A stretch of 64,000 nt of DNA, taken from NCBI RefSeq assembly GCF_006345805.1, contig NC_043020.1, forward strand, positions 24,490,001-24,554,000, read 5' to 3'. Positions 28,960 to 42,360 of the stretch are shown here, piece after piece. Origin of the DNA: Octopus sinensis (lineage: Eukaryota). Under the pieces are notes generated by a model that saw only the letters and a list, made by a program, of their open reading frames with translations, was not told where the DNA came from and ran no database searches. Both the position numbers and the translations under genes were made by a program. How positions within the stretch are numbered: the first letter of the stretch is position 1; every line of letters begins with the position of its first letter.

Positions 28960-29430
28960 TAGCTTTTCTCTTTCGACTTAGCTTTCCATCGTTTGAGGAT
29001 CGATAAAATAAATATCAGGTGAGCACTGGGGTCGATGAAATCGAGAAGCCCCCTCCTGCAAAATTGCTGGCCTGAATGCTTAGTGGTAGGTTGTTGTCTT
29101 TACGTTTTGAGTTCAAATTCCGCCGAGCTCGATTTTGCATTTCATCCTTTCGGAGCCGATTAAATAAGTACCAGTTATGCACTTGGATCGATATAATTGA
29201 CTTAATCCGTCTGTCTGTCCTTGTTTCTCTCCTCTGTGTTTAGCCCCTTGTGGGTAGTAAAGAAATAGGTATTTCATCCGTCGCTACGTTCTGAATTCAT
29301 ATTCTGCCTTTCTCGACTTTGCCTTTCATCCCTTCGGAGCCCGTAAAATACTTGCCAGTTGAGCACTGGAAGTCAATGTAATCGTCTTCTTGCACCCTCT
29401 CCCGAAATTGCTGGCCTTCTGCCCAAATTT
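28960..29430 (+). mobile_element. Cluster of SINE family B units
   Basis: Repeated tttcatcc(t)ttcggagccgat/gtaaaata motifs. Confidence 0.75.
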
Positions 29431-30214
29431 GAAGTCATTATTGTTGTTGTTATTATTATTATCATTATTATTATTATTATCATCATTATTATTGTTATTA
29501 TCATTATCATTATTATTATTATTGAGAGAATTTGGGAATAAAAAGGAAGGAGTTAATTTCTTGCGTGGATTTTCCAAATGAGCGTGTATGCATGGGTATG
29601 TCTGTATGTTTGCGTCATTGTATGTGCGTGTGCGTTTCAATTTATGTGTATAAATCTGTGTGTGTGTATGTGCATCTGCATGTGTATGTTTCAGTATTTA
29701 TGTTCACGCGAGCGTCTGTACATGTGATACACCTTTGTACGTATTTCTCTGCCTTCTGGTATGCATCTGCGTACATTCTACCATTTGCGTGTGTATACGC
29801 TTTTCTGCATATGCGTATGCGTGTGCGTAGGTGTTTTTTTTTTCCTGTTTCCCTTTGATTATTCCACAAATTGGTGAAAAAAAAATAGGAAGAAGACTTG
29901 GAGCACCACAGTCCTCCTCATTCTGTAATCTCACAGTGAGAACAGACATCAAAAGCTGAAAAATACGACGCTACAAACACAAAAGCACAAATGGCCATGC
30001 TCATACACAAGCGACACATGCACCCAAGAATATACGTGTATAAGCACGCGTTTCCACGTATTCATGTACCTGTATGAATGCGGAAACGTATTAATGTGTG
30101 GATGTGTGTGTAAGAATCTGTTTGCTTATATATGCATCTCCTTCGATACCTATCTTTAATATACGCATACACACCCATCTCATGTGGTGTCTATGAGCAT
30201 GTATGTCTATTGTC

Positions 30215-30248
<34 letters not shown>

Positions 30249-30819
30249 ACAGCTAGACAAACACATATTTGCGTATATGTGCAAAGAGAAGTGAGACAGA
30301 TTAATCAGTTTTACCCAAATATACACGTATGTAGTAGGTAGCATGGCTCCAAAAATCCTGGAAAGCCACGTGAAACAAGTCGAAAGACACATGGAATGTG
30401 CGAATCCATTGTTTCATTGGTGAGGAATCACGCAACATCATTGTATTGTCGGCCCCTTTTTAAGAAACATAGCGTTTGTTTCTAAGAAACACACCTCTGA
30501 CTCTTGCATTCCGACAAGACACACACACGCACGCCAAGAAATTCTTGGTTAAATAGAAAGGAACTACATGACCCGATGATGATGATAATGATGATGACGA
30601 TAATGATCGTAATGATGATGTTGGCGGTGGCATTGGTGGTTGTCGTCGTCGTCGTCACCGTCGTGGCGATAGCGCTGTTGATATTAGTAATAATACTGTA
30701 TTTCACGGTAAGAGTCACTTTGTTCTGTCAGACAAAAGAAAAGCAACGAAACCACACTGCATCCTGTATGAGAAGTTGGGCTTCCTTTCAGCTAATTTTG
30801 TCTCTGTTGCTCACTACAA

Positions 30820-31017
30820 CGGTAATCCCTCGACTATCGCGAAAGGTGAAAATTCGCGGAGTATAAACAGTATTGTACTGTATATATTTTTAAAAAGTAT
30901 CTTTATAATTTGTATATATTTATTTTATTATAAAAGCAAAACAACATCACGGAGGAATCGGCATAAGCTTTTAAGTAAACTGCGAAAGGTGAACCGCGAT
31001 ATGGCGCGGTATTACAG
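30820..31017. mobile_element. Degenerate Tigger/pogo-like MITE
   Basis: Left end cggtaatccctcgactatcgcg; right end reverse complement ctgtaataccgcgccatatcgcg; gcgaaaggtgaa repeated inside both ends. Confidence 0.6.
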
Positions 31018-31093
31018 AATAAACTAATTTTAATCCAGACGGTCTCTTCTACCTAACCTGACTCCATAACAATATTTACTTAATAATAATAAT

Positions 31094-31136
<43 letters not shown>

Positions 31137-31564
31137 TCATCATCATCATTATTATTATTATATTATTATTATTATTATCATTATTATTATTATTGCGACG
31201 AGCTGGTAGAATCATTTGCACCGCCGAGGTCGACTTTGCCTTTCATCCTTTCGGAGTCGATAAATTAAATACCAGTCAAGTACTGGGGTCGAAGTGATCG
31301 ACTAGTCCCTTCTTCCAAAAATGGCTGCCCTTGTAGCAAAATTTGAAACTGTTGCAGTCAGAGTTCAAATTCAGCCCAGGTAGAATTTGCCTTTCATCCG
31401 TTCAGAGTCGAACCAGTCAAGCACTCGGGTGGGCGTAATCGACTACCCCCACTTCCAAACTTCAGACCTTGTGCCTGTAGTAGAAATGATTATTATTATC
31501 ATTATTATAATAATAATAATAATAATTATTATTATTATTATTATTATTACTACTACTACTACTG

Positions 31565-31750
31565 TTGAGTGAGAGAGCAATGAATGCCATCACAGTAACA
31601 CGTATGTAGTAGGTAGGATGGCTCCAAAAATCCTGGAAAGCCACGTGAAACAAGTCGAAGACACATGGAATATACGAAGCCTAATTCACCCATCATGACT
31701 ACCCGCCTGATAAGGGTACACCAGGCGCATGTATCACAACTATGTGTGCG
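31565..31750 (-). mobile_element. Longer copy of the 2521-2605 family, interrupted by a templated insertion
   Basis: ttgagtgagagagca...atatacgaagc...cccatcatgactacccg matches 2521-2605; adjacent to a (TTA)/(CTA) tract. Confidence 0.55.
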
Positions 31751-32460
31751 ACGTTTTTAATGTTTTTAATGTTTTCCTTCACCAGAAGAGGCGCAGCTGC
31801 ATTTGGGATGTATATAGTGTACCCGGGTGTCATTTATACCATCAAATACGATCATCGTGTCTAATATAGACACATGGCATGCAGTGTTGAGGGTCGAGGT
31901 TGTCGATATCATTGGTCCTAGTATTTATTTTATCATCACCCCCGGACGGTTGAAATGCGAAGCTGACTTCACAAGTATTTGAACTCAGGGGGTAAAGATT
32001 TGGAATAAATACTTCAATGCATTTCTTTTTTCTCGATGCTCAACCAAATCTACCAAGCTCAAGGTCAGAAATGTCATTGAAGAGACAAGTCGATTATACC
32101 GGCCCCTACTATGTAACTGGTACAATATTTTTATCGACCCTGGAAAAATGAAACGCAAAGCCGACCTCAGTGAAGTTTTAACTCAGGACGTAGTGTAACT
32201 CTAGACATTTAGTCTGGACTTTCTCTACGGTCCGACGCTCCAGCAATTTTACACCCAACACAATAAATATCTGCAGAAATTGTGTGTGTGTGTGTGTGTG
32301 AATGTATGTGTGTATATAATCTTACACACATATATATATTATACACACACACACACATACATACATACATACATACATACATACATACATACATACATAC
32401 ATACATACATACTACATATATATATATATATATATATGTATATTATATATATATATATAT

Positions 32461-33395
32461 ATTCAGGTTGAAGACAAGACATAAAAAGCTACACTGAAAT
32501 TTTGCAGGCTACAAAAATAAACGCTAAATTCCTGTCTGGCGATAATATAATGAATGAGAAAAAGTGACAAAAACTTTCCCATAGTTCTCCCCTGCAATAA
32601 AACAGCAATAACAAGCGTCACTAAAATCATTTCATTCTGAAGATAAGCCCTAAAAGGACTTGAAACAACGCAGGACCAAGCAACTTTATTGTTTTCAACG
32701 AAACATATAAATACTAATGAGGGACTGGAACAACAAAAATATTCCTTATTAAAACATGAAAAATATAGGTTAAGACTGGAGAAGTATGGTTATGTTTGGA
32801 ATAATATATTCTGAAAAGAAAGCTGCTCTTAATACACACACATATATAATTAAGCATACATAAAGTTTCATACATATACACACATACATAGATATGTACA
32901 TACACACGTATAAATTCATGTATATATATATATATATATATATATTCAGGTTGAAGACAAGACATAAAAAGCTACACTGAAATTTTGCAGGCTACAAAAA
33001 TAAACGCTAAATTCCTGTCTGGCGATAATATAATGAATGAGAAAAAGTGACAAAAACTTTCCCATAGTTCTCCCCTGCATATAAAACAGCAATAACAAGC
33101 GTCACTAAAATCATTTCATTTGAAGATAAGCCCTAAAAGGACTTGAAACAACGCAGGACCAAGCAACTTTATGTTTTCAACGAAACATATAAATACTAAT
33201 GAGGGACTGGAACAACAAAAATATTCCTTATTAAAACATGAAAAATATAGGTTAAGACTGGAGAAGTATGGTTATGTTTGGAATAATATATTCTGAAAAG
33301 AAAGCTGCTCTTAATACACACACATATATAATTAAGCATACATAAAGTTTCATACATATACACACATACATAGATATGTACATACACACGTATAA
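32461..33395. repeat. Near-perfect tandem duplication, period ~483 bp, bounded by (TA)n
   Basis: attcaggttgaagacaagac starts at 32461 and 32944; the copies differ by a few 1-bp indels. Confidence 0.9.
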
Positions 33396-33402
33396 AATAA
33401 TG

Positions 33403-33471
<69 letters not shown>

Positions 33472-33709
33472 TGTATATTTATACAGACACACATATAACA
33501 TATGGATATATGTGTTGTTTCTGCAATGAATATAGTCATTAGAAAGAACATTGTAGAAAAAAAAATGTTGACAAAAACGGTGTTAGTTTAATGCTTCAAA
33601 TAGTGAAAGCGGGAGCTTTAACGTTTTGGGCGTTACAACTTCACCAGAATAAAGATGAGCAGAGGTTAGAAAGAAAAACGAGAAAGATATATTAAAATTT
33701 TGTATGAAT

Positions 33710-33920
33710 ATTTATTTCTTCATTGCCCACAGGGGGCTAAGATAGAGGGGAGAAACAAGGACAGACCAAGGGATGAAGTCAATTACATCGACCTCAGTGG
33801 TACATATTTAATCGACCCCGAAAGGATGAAAGGCAAAGTTGACCTCAGAACATAACGGCAGACGAAATACCGCTAAGTATTTCGCCCGGTGTGCTAACGA
33901 TTCTACCAGCTCAGCGCCCT
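33710..33920 (-). mobile_element. SINE family B
   Basis: atcgaccccgaaaggatgaaaggcaaagttgacctc...gtgctaacgattctaccagctc. Confidence 0.8.
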
Positions 33921-35005
33921 ATTTCGTATGACTATTGTGTAACGTCTACGAGAAGTGATGAGATGTCTACGGAGGTCCTAACAGTTCTTGATACATTTAA
34001 ACACCGAGGGTGTTGAACCGAATCTTTCCTTTATGTTTTTACCTTCCACATTATTTGATAAGTGAACTCCTTCATGAGTTAGCTTGGTGTTAAAACACTT
34101 CTACTTAAAAGTATTTTGTAGAACATTGCACCGAATATGAGGAAAATTTCTCTGAATCTGCTAATATTACATAATAAATGGAATAATCAGGTTCAGAGTG
34201 CTGCTGTACCTTTTATATATTGCTCCCTACTCGAGTTAACGGTAGTGGACGGTATTTATAATTATTTCGGTTTAAAGTTTTGTTATAAAGGTCATATTTT
34301 CCGCATGTATTCATCAAAATTTTAAAATCAACTTCTTAAAAATGGATCATTGGTCTCTTTCGCATTATTTTCCATGTTGTACGTGTTTATGTTATGGGAT
34401 ATGGCAAGTCCGTCATCTCTGTAAATCCCTATACGTATACAAGCTTTACAATCCGAGCAAATTTAAAACATGTGTTCGAAGCAAGTTACCGTTGGACACA
34501 TTGGAAAGTTAACTTATTTCCCTGTTTTCTATGCCAGAAAGAATCGTCATAAAATAATAATGACTTTCTCACCTTCATTATAATATTGTTAATGATCTCA
34601 GTTATTGCGGCGTACATTTTTCCAAATTCTTTATCTTTCAAGAAACAGCATTTCGAAATGGATGGATGGGTAGTGTTCTACAATACTTAACTGGGTGTAA
34701 TTATTTTTATTTAGTGTGTGTATGTATGTGTGTGTGTGGGGGTGGGTGTGTACTCAAATGTTTGCCAGACTCTCTAAACGTCTGTTTGTTTATTTAATAC
34801 CCTCATCTCTCTCCCCACCCCGTCTCTGATCATATTTCTACTCTTATCTATCAGTTCGTGCGTGTACGTATAATTATGTGTTGATGTGTGCCCCTGCATG
34901 CCTGGCTACAATGTCACTCGGTCGGTCAATCTGTTTGCCTGTCTGTCTGTCTGCCTCTCTTCTTTTCGCCTGTTTGCCTGCCTCTAATCTCGCTCCTAAC
35001 CGCTC

Positions 35006-35038
<33 letters not shown>

Positions 35039-35105
35039 TTCACACGCACACACATACTTGCAATCACTTAATGCTACGCTCTTTACATCTCTCACAGTCA
35101 CTACT

Positions 35106-35137
<32 letters not shown>

Positions 35138-35379
35138 ACCTGTACCTGTTTCCTACTCTTTATGTCAGTCTGTGTCTCTCACCCCCTCACTTTCTCTCTA
35201 CCTTGTTTTTACTCTCTCCATTTCAACTGTGACTTAATCTCTTTCTCTCTGGCCATTCTCTTTCTGTCTCTTCATCTGTCTGTCTGAGGGGCATAGTTGT
35301 GTTTGTATGGCTAGATGGATACATGATGCGATGGGTGGAACCACAATTGATTGGAATGGAAGAGTTAAGCTCGGAAAGA

Positions 35380-35420
<41 letters not shown>

Positions 35421-35869
35421 TGCAGCGCGGTCGGGTTGAGAGGTTCCAGTATATAATGGTGGTGTAAATAATTAACATTCTGGGTCCACATCTGTCCCAA
35501 TTTGTTTACACATTAAGGGACAGAAAAGGTGAAAGGAGACTGAAAATAAATGAGAAAGAATAGAGCAGAGAGGGGGAGAAAGAGAAAGGGAGCGGGAGAG
35601 AGAGAAAAGAGAGGGAGAGAGAGAAAAGGAGAGGGAGAGAGAGTGAAAGTATGTTGAAAGAACGGAGGACAAGATGCAGTAAGTTACAAAAGGAATGAAG
35701 TAGATGGTTGACGGAGTGGCTGTGTGGTAAGAAGCTTGCTTTCCAACCACATGGATCCGGGTTCAGTTACACTGCGTGTCACCTTGGGCAAGTGTCTTCA
35801 AATATAGACTCGGGCAGACCAAAGGCTTGTGAATGGATGTGGTAGGCAGAAACTGAAAGAAGCTCGTCC

Positions 35870-35914
<45 letters not shown>

Positions 35915-35931
35915 ATATATATATATATATA

Positions 35932-36165
35932 CTTTATTTTAAGCAGCAGAAAATTCAACAAAATCTGTTACTCTGAGTTTCTCGTTGCCGTTCATCAGAC
36001 AGTTTTTGCTAGATTCTAGCAAAAACTGTCTGATGAACGGCAACGAGAAACTCAGAGTAACAGATTTTGTTGAATTTTCTGCTGCTTAAAATAAAGCATA
36101 TTACTCTACCACTGGTATTTGAGTACTCTTTTTTCCACCTTGTTTCACATTTATGTGTTTACTCC

Positions 36166-36167
<2 letters not shown>
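35932..36167 (+). mobile_element. Penelope-like pseudo-LTR fragment with an inverted 82-bp partial copy (perfect palindrome), inserted in (TA)n inside a SINE
   Basis: 35932-36013 is the exact reverse complement of 36015-36096 around a 1-nt spacer. The right arm continues to 36167, then (TA)n. Contains a hammerhead motif. Confidence 0.75.
36020..36069 (+). ncRNA. Minimal type I hammerhead motif (mirrored on the minus strand in the left arm)
   Basis: Stem I caaaaactgt/acagattttg (9 of 10 paired); CTGATGA 36030-36036; short stem II cg-GCAA-cg with an A.A closing mismatch; GAAA 36047-36050; stem III actc-a-gagt; GTA 36057-36059. Confidence 0.7.
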
Positions 36168-36226
<59 letters not shown>

Positions 36227-36809
36227 TTGTGAGTCTGTCTTTGTCCCTTCACCCACCATCGCTTGATAACCGATGCTGGTGTGTTTACGTCCCTGTAGCA
36301 AAGCGGTTCGGCATAAGAGACTGATAGAATAGGTACTAAGCTTACAAAGAATAAGTCCTGGGGTCGATTTGTCAAACTAAAGGTGGTGCTCCAGCATGGC
36401 TGCAATCAAATGACAAACAAGTAAAAGAATAAAAGAATACACGCAGACATATATGATGGACTCACCCGTCGTTAGACGACGTAAGAGGGTTCGACAGTTT
36501 CTTATCGAACAAACACACAGATGATTTGTTTATAGTGATCAAATGATTGTGTACACTTCAGCTCACTCCCTCCATTAGATCGACATTACCTATACAGGTG
36601 CAACGATTGCCCCAAGTCAGGTGACGAAATGATCGCAGAGCAACGTGAAATGAAGTGCTTTGCCCAAGAACACAATGCAACGCCCGGTCTGGGAATCGAA
36701 CCCAAGATCTCTCAATCGTGACTGCAACACTCTAACCACTAAGTCATGCGCCTTCACCATGTATGTATGTATGTATGTATGTATGTATGTATGTATGTAT
36801 GTATGTATG

Positions 36810-36841
<32 letters not shown>

Positions 36842-36940
36842 TAATTTTTATCGCCATATTAATATGGCATTCTTATAGAGACTTAGTAATTTTAATATTT
36901 CTATTATATATATATATAAATATATATGTATATGTATATA

Positions 36941-37031
36941 CTTTATTTAAAGCAGCAGAAAATTCAACAAAATCTGTTACTCTGAGTTTCTCGTTGCCGT
37001 TCATCAGACAGTTTTTGCTAGAATGGAACCG
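36941..37031 (-). mobile_element. Third copy of the hammerhead-bearing Penelope-like fragment
   Basis: Near-identical to 35932-36013, with the same left breakpoint after (TA)n; extends a few bases further (gaatggaacc). Confidence 0.75.
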
Positions 37032-37403
37032 ATATATCAATTCAATCTATATATATATCTTGCCTTCGAAACACGCCTGAGTTAACTAGCGACAGCTGAT
37101 GACGGTGGATTTTTCCTTGTGTAGCATGTCCTGTACTTGTTTTCTTGTTGTAAAATTTTTGTTTTTCCCGTTTCTACGTCTTGTTGTGGTGTCCTGTACA
37201 TACGTATATTTATTTATATATGCATGTATATATACATGTAGATGTAGGTACGTACATATATGTTTGTATGTATGCATATATTTTTATTTATTACATTATT
37301 GTCTGACAGCGCCTCGCGTCAGGTTCGTTTCAATTTATCGGTTCGTTCCACTTTGTCTCCATTTTATATATAATATATATATGTGTGTGTGTGTGTGTGT
37401 ATA

Positions 37404-37440
<37 letters not shown>

Positions 37441-37496
37441 ATATATATATATATATGTATGTATGTATATATATATATATATATATAGTATATATA

Positions 37497-37554
<58 letters not shown>

Positions 37555-37696
37555 CATACACAGGGTCAGCATGTCGTCCCTGAAAGGATGAAAGGTATAG
37601 ACGGCTTTCGCAGCATTTGAACTCAGAACGTCGAGGCGGACGAAATGCCGCTAAGTAGCTTGCTCGGCGTGCTAACGGTTCCTCCAGCTCGTCGCC

Positions 37697-37742
<46 letters not shown>

Positions 37743-38543
37743 GATAATAATAATAATAATAATAATAACAATAACAATAATAATAATTAAAAGAACAACA
37801 ACAACAACAACAACAACAACGACAACAATATTTTACAATGGATTTGTGCGGAGAGATTTATTCAAACATTTCCATCGAACAATTTGATATGGCTGGGACG
37901 ATGAGATGGATCGACAGAGCTGTGCGGTCAAACATAGAGGGCGCAGGTGACAATGGTGGTGGCATTGGCGGTGGTGATGGCGTTGGGGAGTGAAGAAAGG
38001 ATGGAAGAGGGTGGTGAATCGAACATATGGATGGGGAGATCAAAACGTGCTCAGTCGTGAATTCAGGCAGGAAATTGATTTTAAATGTCCAAATCAAAAC
38101 TGGACGATGTTTAAATGGTCATTTTTGTTTTGATTGTTTTCATGGGCGTTGGCGGCGGCGGTGGCGGTGGTGTGGTGGTGGTGGTGGGAGTATTGGTTCT
38201 GGAGGGGGGATCGCTGGTGTTGGTGCCGGGGGTGTCGGTGGTGCATGTAGTGGTGATATTGGTCCTAGTGGTGGCGATGCCGATGTTAGTAATAGAAGCT
38301 GTGATGCTAATAGTAGTGGTGTTGGTGTTGCTTGTGATTAATCTGGTTGTATTGGCGGTGTTGGGAGTGGGTGCGTGATTAATGATTAATCTTAGAGATT
38401 GGTGGTTTTGGGGATGGCGTTTCGGGGAGGATAACTGTCAATGTGGTACTGGTAATGGTAGTGGGCTGAGGCAGAGGAGACTGGGGGTAATGGTGGTGGT
38501 GGTAATAATGCAGGTGGTTCCTGAGCAGAGAGCAGCAGCAGCT

Positions 38544-38607
<64 letters not shown>

Positions 38608-39087
38608 CGGTGTGGTGGTCATGGGCATATAAGGTGTTCGTTAAGTTGTTGTTGTTGTTTATGATGATTGTTGTTAGAGGTGTTGATAGTTTCGGCGAGT
38701 GCTGTTGTTGTTGCAAATGTTGTGGTCCTGAAAGTTGGTGTTGTTAAAGCTATTGTTGTGGAAATGACGATCATGATGACGATTATGATGATGATGATGA
38801 TGATGACGATGGCGGTGGTGGTCCAGCGGTTGATTGCTGTGTGCTGATGCCCTTGGGTATTTTTGTAATCGTTGCTGTTGGTGGTAGTGGTGGCGATTTA
38901 CTCGTGCTGTTGTGAGTGAAGGGGCTGACGTTAGAGGTGTTGGGAAGAACGACATGGTAGACATGTTGTGTAACCCAAGGTTGACTGTGAACGAATAGAC
39001 CTATGACCGGTAACAATACTCCAGGCTCATTTCAGAAACATAAAATGGTATTCACCATTTTCAGAATAAAGTTTTTGAATAAACTTG

Positions 39088-39489
39088 GCGTAAGAAGTTT
39101 GCTTTCCAGCCACATGGTTCCAGGTTCAGACCCACTGTGTGGCAACTTAGGCAAATGTCTTCTACTATAGCCTAGGGATGACCAAAGTCTTGTGAATGGA
39201 TTTGGTAGACAGAAACTGAAAGAAGCCCCGTGTATACAGGGTGGTGCAAAAGTTAAAAAAAAAAAAAAGAAAGAAAACGCGTACAACACTGATTTATTTT
39301 TATCAAAACAAAATATAAAGTTACGATAAAAGTATTATTGTAGTTATGACAAATGAATTATTATGATTAATGACACTGAAAATATCAATAATCAGGTTGA
39401 CTAATTTAATGTGCTAATAATTCTAATGAATTAAGTATTATAACGTTGACGTGATACTTACTATATACCTACTTTTGCACCTCCTGTAT

Positions 39490-39536
<47 letters not shown>

Positions 39537-39755
39537 CGCGTGTCTTTCTGTTTGTGTTTGACCCCCCCACCATCGTCTGAAAATCAGTGTTGGTGAGTTA
39601 ATCTCCTTGTAACTTAGTGGTTAATCAAAAGAAGCCGGATAAACAAGTACCACGCTTAAAAAATACGTACTAGGGTCAATTACTCGATTAAAAATTCTTC
39701 AAGGCGTAGCCCCAGCGTGGCCGCATTCTAATGACTGCACCAAGTAAAAGATAGA
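39088..39755 (+). mobile_element. SINE family A split by a MITE
   Basis: 5' half to 39230; the 3' half resumes after the (TG)n at about 39540. Confidence 0.85.
39237..39486. mobile_element. Tc1/mariner-type MITE inserted in a SINE
   Basis: TA|cagggtggtgcaaaagt ... acttttgcacctcctg|TA: terminal inverted repeats with a TA target-site duplication. Confidence 0.8.
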
Positions 39756-40307
39756 AGAGCGAACATATTTCCTTATTTCTTATTTTAATAAATTTTCTCT
39801 GAAACATTGTTTCATTTAGCACTTCATGAAAATAAGACCGCTGTAGGGTTTCGACACTGACCACATAGTATTTTTAGTGTTTCTTTTATTTTATGTATTA
39901 GTTTTAGGATAATTTTTATTGCAGAAATATAACACAATTCAGTAAGTTATCTCATGGGGGTCTTCAGTCTGAAAATTTGAAAATGAATTTATACACTCTC
40001 TAACTGATCGATAAGGTACTTGTACGCTATGTTTATTGATTACATTTATGACACGTTACACAGTTACAGCTATTTCATCCTCTCTTCGTTCTCTATATAT
40101 ATATCCTTGCAAGCGTATTGTGTATGGTAGTGTGTGTGGTGTGTGTGTGTGTGTGTGTGTGTGTAAAAGAAAACATCAATGAGAGAATATGTACGAAACG
40201 TTTAATGTTAAACAAGTAAACAAACTTGCAACTATATTGGCCAGTGTTTTTATTGACACAGACACGCATATACACATAAGTGAATATATATATACATATA
40301 TATATAC

Positions 40308-40362
<55 letters not shown>

Positions 40363-42329
40363 GACATATGTATATATGCACATGCGAGTATTTATTAATA
40401 ATTTATATTTCCAGACATTTAAAGTGACTTTTTAAAAACAAATAAACTGAAATAAATATATTTGTTTTCTTTGTCTGTGATTTCTAAAATAATATACTAC
40501 CTCATAATCGTGCGTATGTGTGTGTGTATGTGCGTGTGTGTGTGTGTTGATCCTATCAACAACGGAACAGTACACCATATATGGTTGTATGCATGTTGTT
40601 TATTTTTTAACCAATTTTAGTTGCATTATATTCCCACTAACCGAATTCCTTGCCCTAAGCTGGTGAAACTCTATAATTTGGGTGTGGTTATAGAAGGGTA
40701 TAAAAAATATAACTTTATTAATGTATGTACCAGAACATATATACACTTCGTTGCTGCACCTTTCTTAAACGGTGACAAACAGATTTTAATCATATTTCTA
40801 GAAACATTTTGATATATTTATGTCTTTCGTATTTTTGCTCAAATCGAGCATCCATTATTACAGTTGGCATCGGTGCCATTTTTGTTGTAGCTGACACCTT
40901 TGTTGTTTTTCTTTACTACAAGAAAACGCTGACTGAGCATAGATATGTAACGAAAAGCGTTCTAAGATAGACAAATGACCTCATAATGTCGGCTTATAAA
41001 ATTTAAAAAAAAACTGTGATGGTTATGACTGGGATATTTTGCTGATAGACCTCCACTATCATGGAACCGCCACTGTGTTAGTTATTCCCAGCCATTTCAG
41101 TCGCAACAACCCCTTACTTTAAATTCTTTCCAAAACTGCACGTTTTGAAAGGTTTGTCACCTGTGCTGCCAGTCATTTCTTTGCCCCAAGTGGCAATCGT
41201 TACGCTGTGCAATACCTTTACGTGCTAAGAACATTAACCAAATTACACTTATACCAGACCTTCCGTAGCTTAAAAAGAAGTGGGCTGCGCTGGATAAAGT
41301 AGTCCAAAAAGCACTGTGTGCGCCAATAAAAAGACGTGTTGGCTATGCTGGGAACGCTTTTTTTTTATATATCTGTGCTCAGGCAGCGTTGCCTGCAAGA
41401 AGTCTGCAGTTGGTTTCTTTTGTTATTCTCTATGGGTCTTGTACAAAACTAGGAGTACTTTTTTTAATAAGATACTGCTCCCCTTTCTTCATCTCAATCA
41501 TTTTATTGAGACGTCAGCTCAACGACCGATACCAGCAGGCTTTGGGACCCTTTCTTCCTCCCCTCCCCCCTCATCTGTCTCTCTCCCTACACACGCACAC
41601 ACACACATATGTATATATATATATCCACTAATATTTACGGATTTTCAGTTATATATTAGATATATTATCAGCAAAGCGATCTATTTTCGTTATATAATAG
41701 TATCTGATAGCGATTCCTGTGGACGTACTTAAAGTAAATTCCAAGGTAAAACACACACACACACACAGTATAGACAGACAAACAGACAAGCAGATGGATA
41801 ATAGAAGCATTTTGTTACATTGCTTTCCCGATTACGTGGAGCTCACAACGATTTTCGTAACATGTTAGGTTAAAGATTCTAATTTCTACGGTTACGTAAA
41901 TGATATCGCCTGACGTAATAGTTAGCACTAAGGTAGGGTTTATAACAGAAACACTGAACGACACATGTTGCCAAGTTACATCTATATTTAGTACATGTGC
42001 ACATACAGGTGCGAATGTGTGTATGTGTGTATGTGTGTGTGTGTTATTTGTTATTGACCAATTTGAAAATAACTACACACTTATTGAAGGTGAAACTATA
42101 AATTTAGTGGAATAAAATTCATTAAATATTTTAAGTTGTCTGAGACTTCAACTTTCGCCATTTATTCAGTGATAATCACACTTACACATAAAAACACTAA
42201 TATATATGTGTATATATATATATATATATATTTGCATACATATATCCTTACAGATTACGGTGAAATATACTGTCGAGCGTTCAACAGAATACATGTATTT
42301 TGGGTGTATGTGTTTGCGTGTATGTGTAT

Positions 42330-42360
<31 letters not shown>

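Larger units (their letters stand above)
35713..36440 (+). mobile_element. SINE family A split by the Penelope-like palindrome
   Basis: 5' half 35713-35870, 3' half about 36225-36440. Confidence 0.85.

Noticed and set aside
37098-37200. CTGATGA followed by a T-rich tail
   Set aside because: No downstream GAAA or stem II partner; cannot be supported as a hammerhead.
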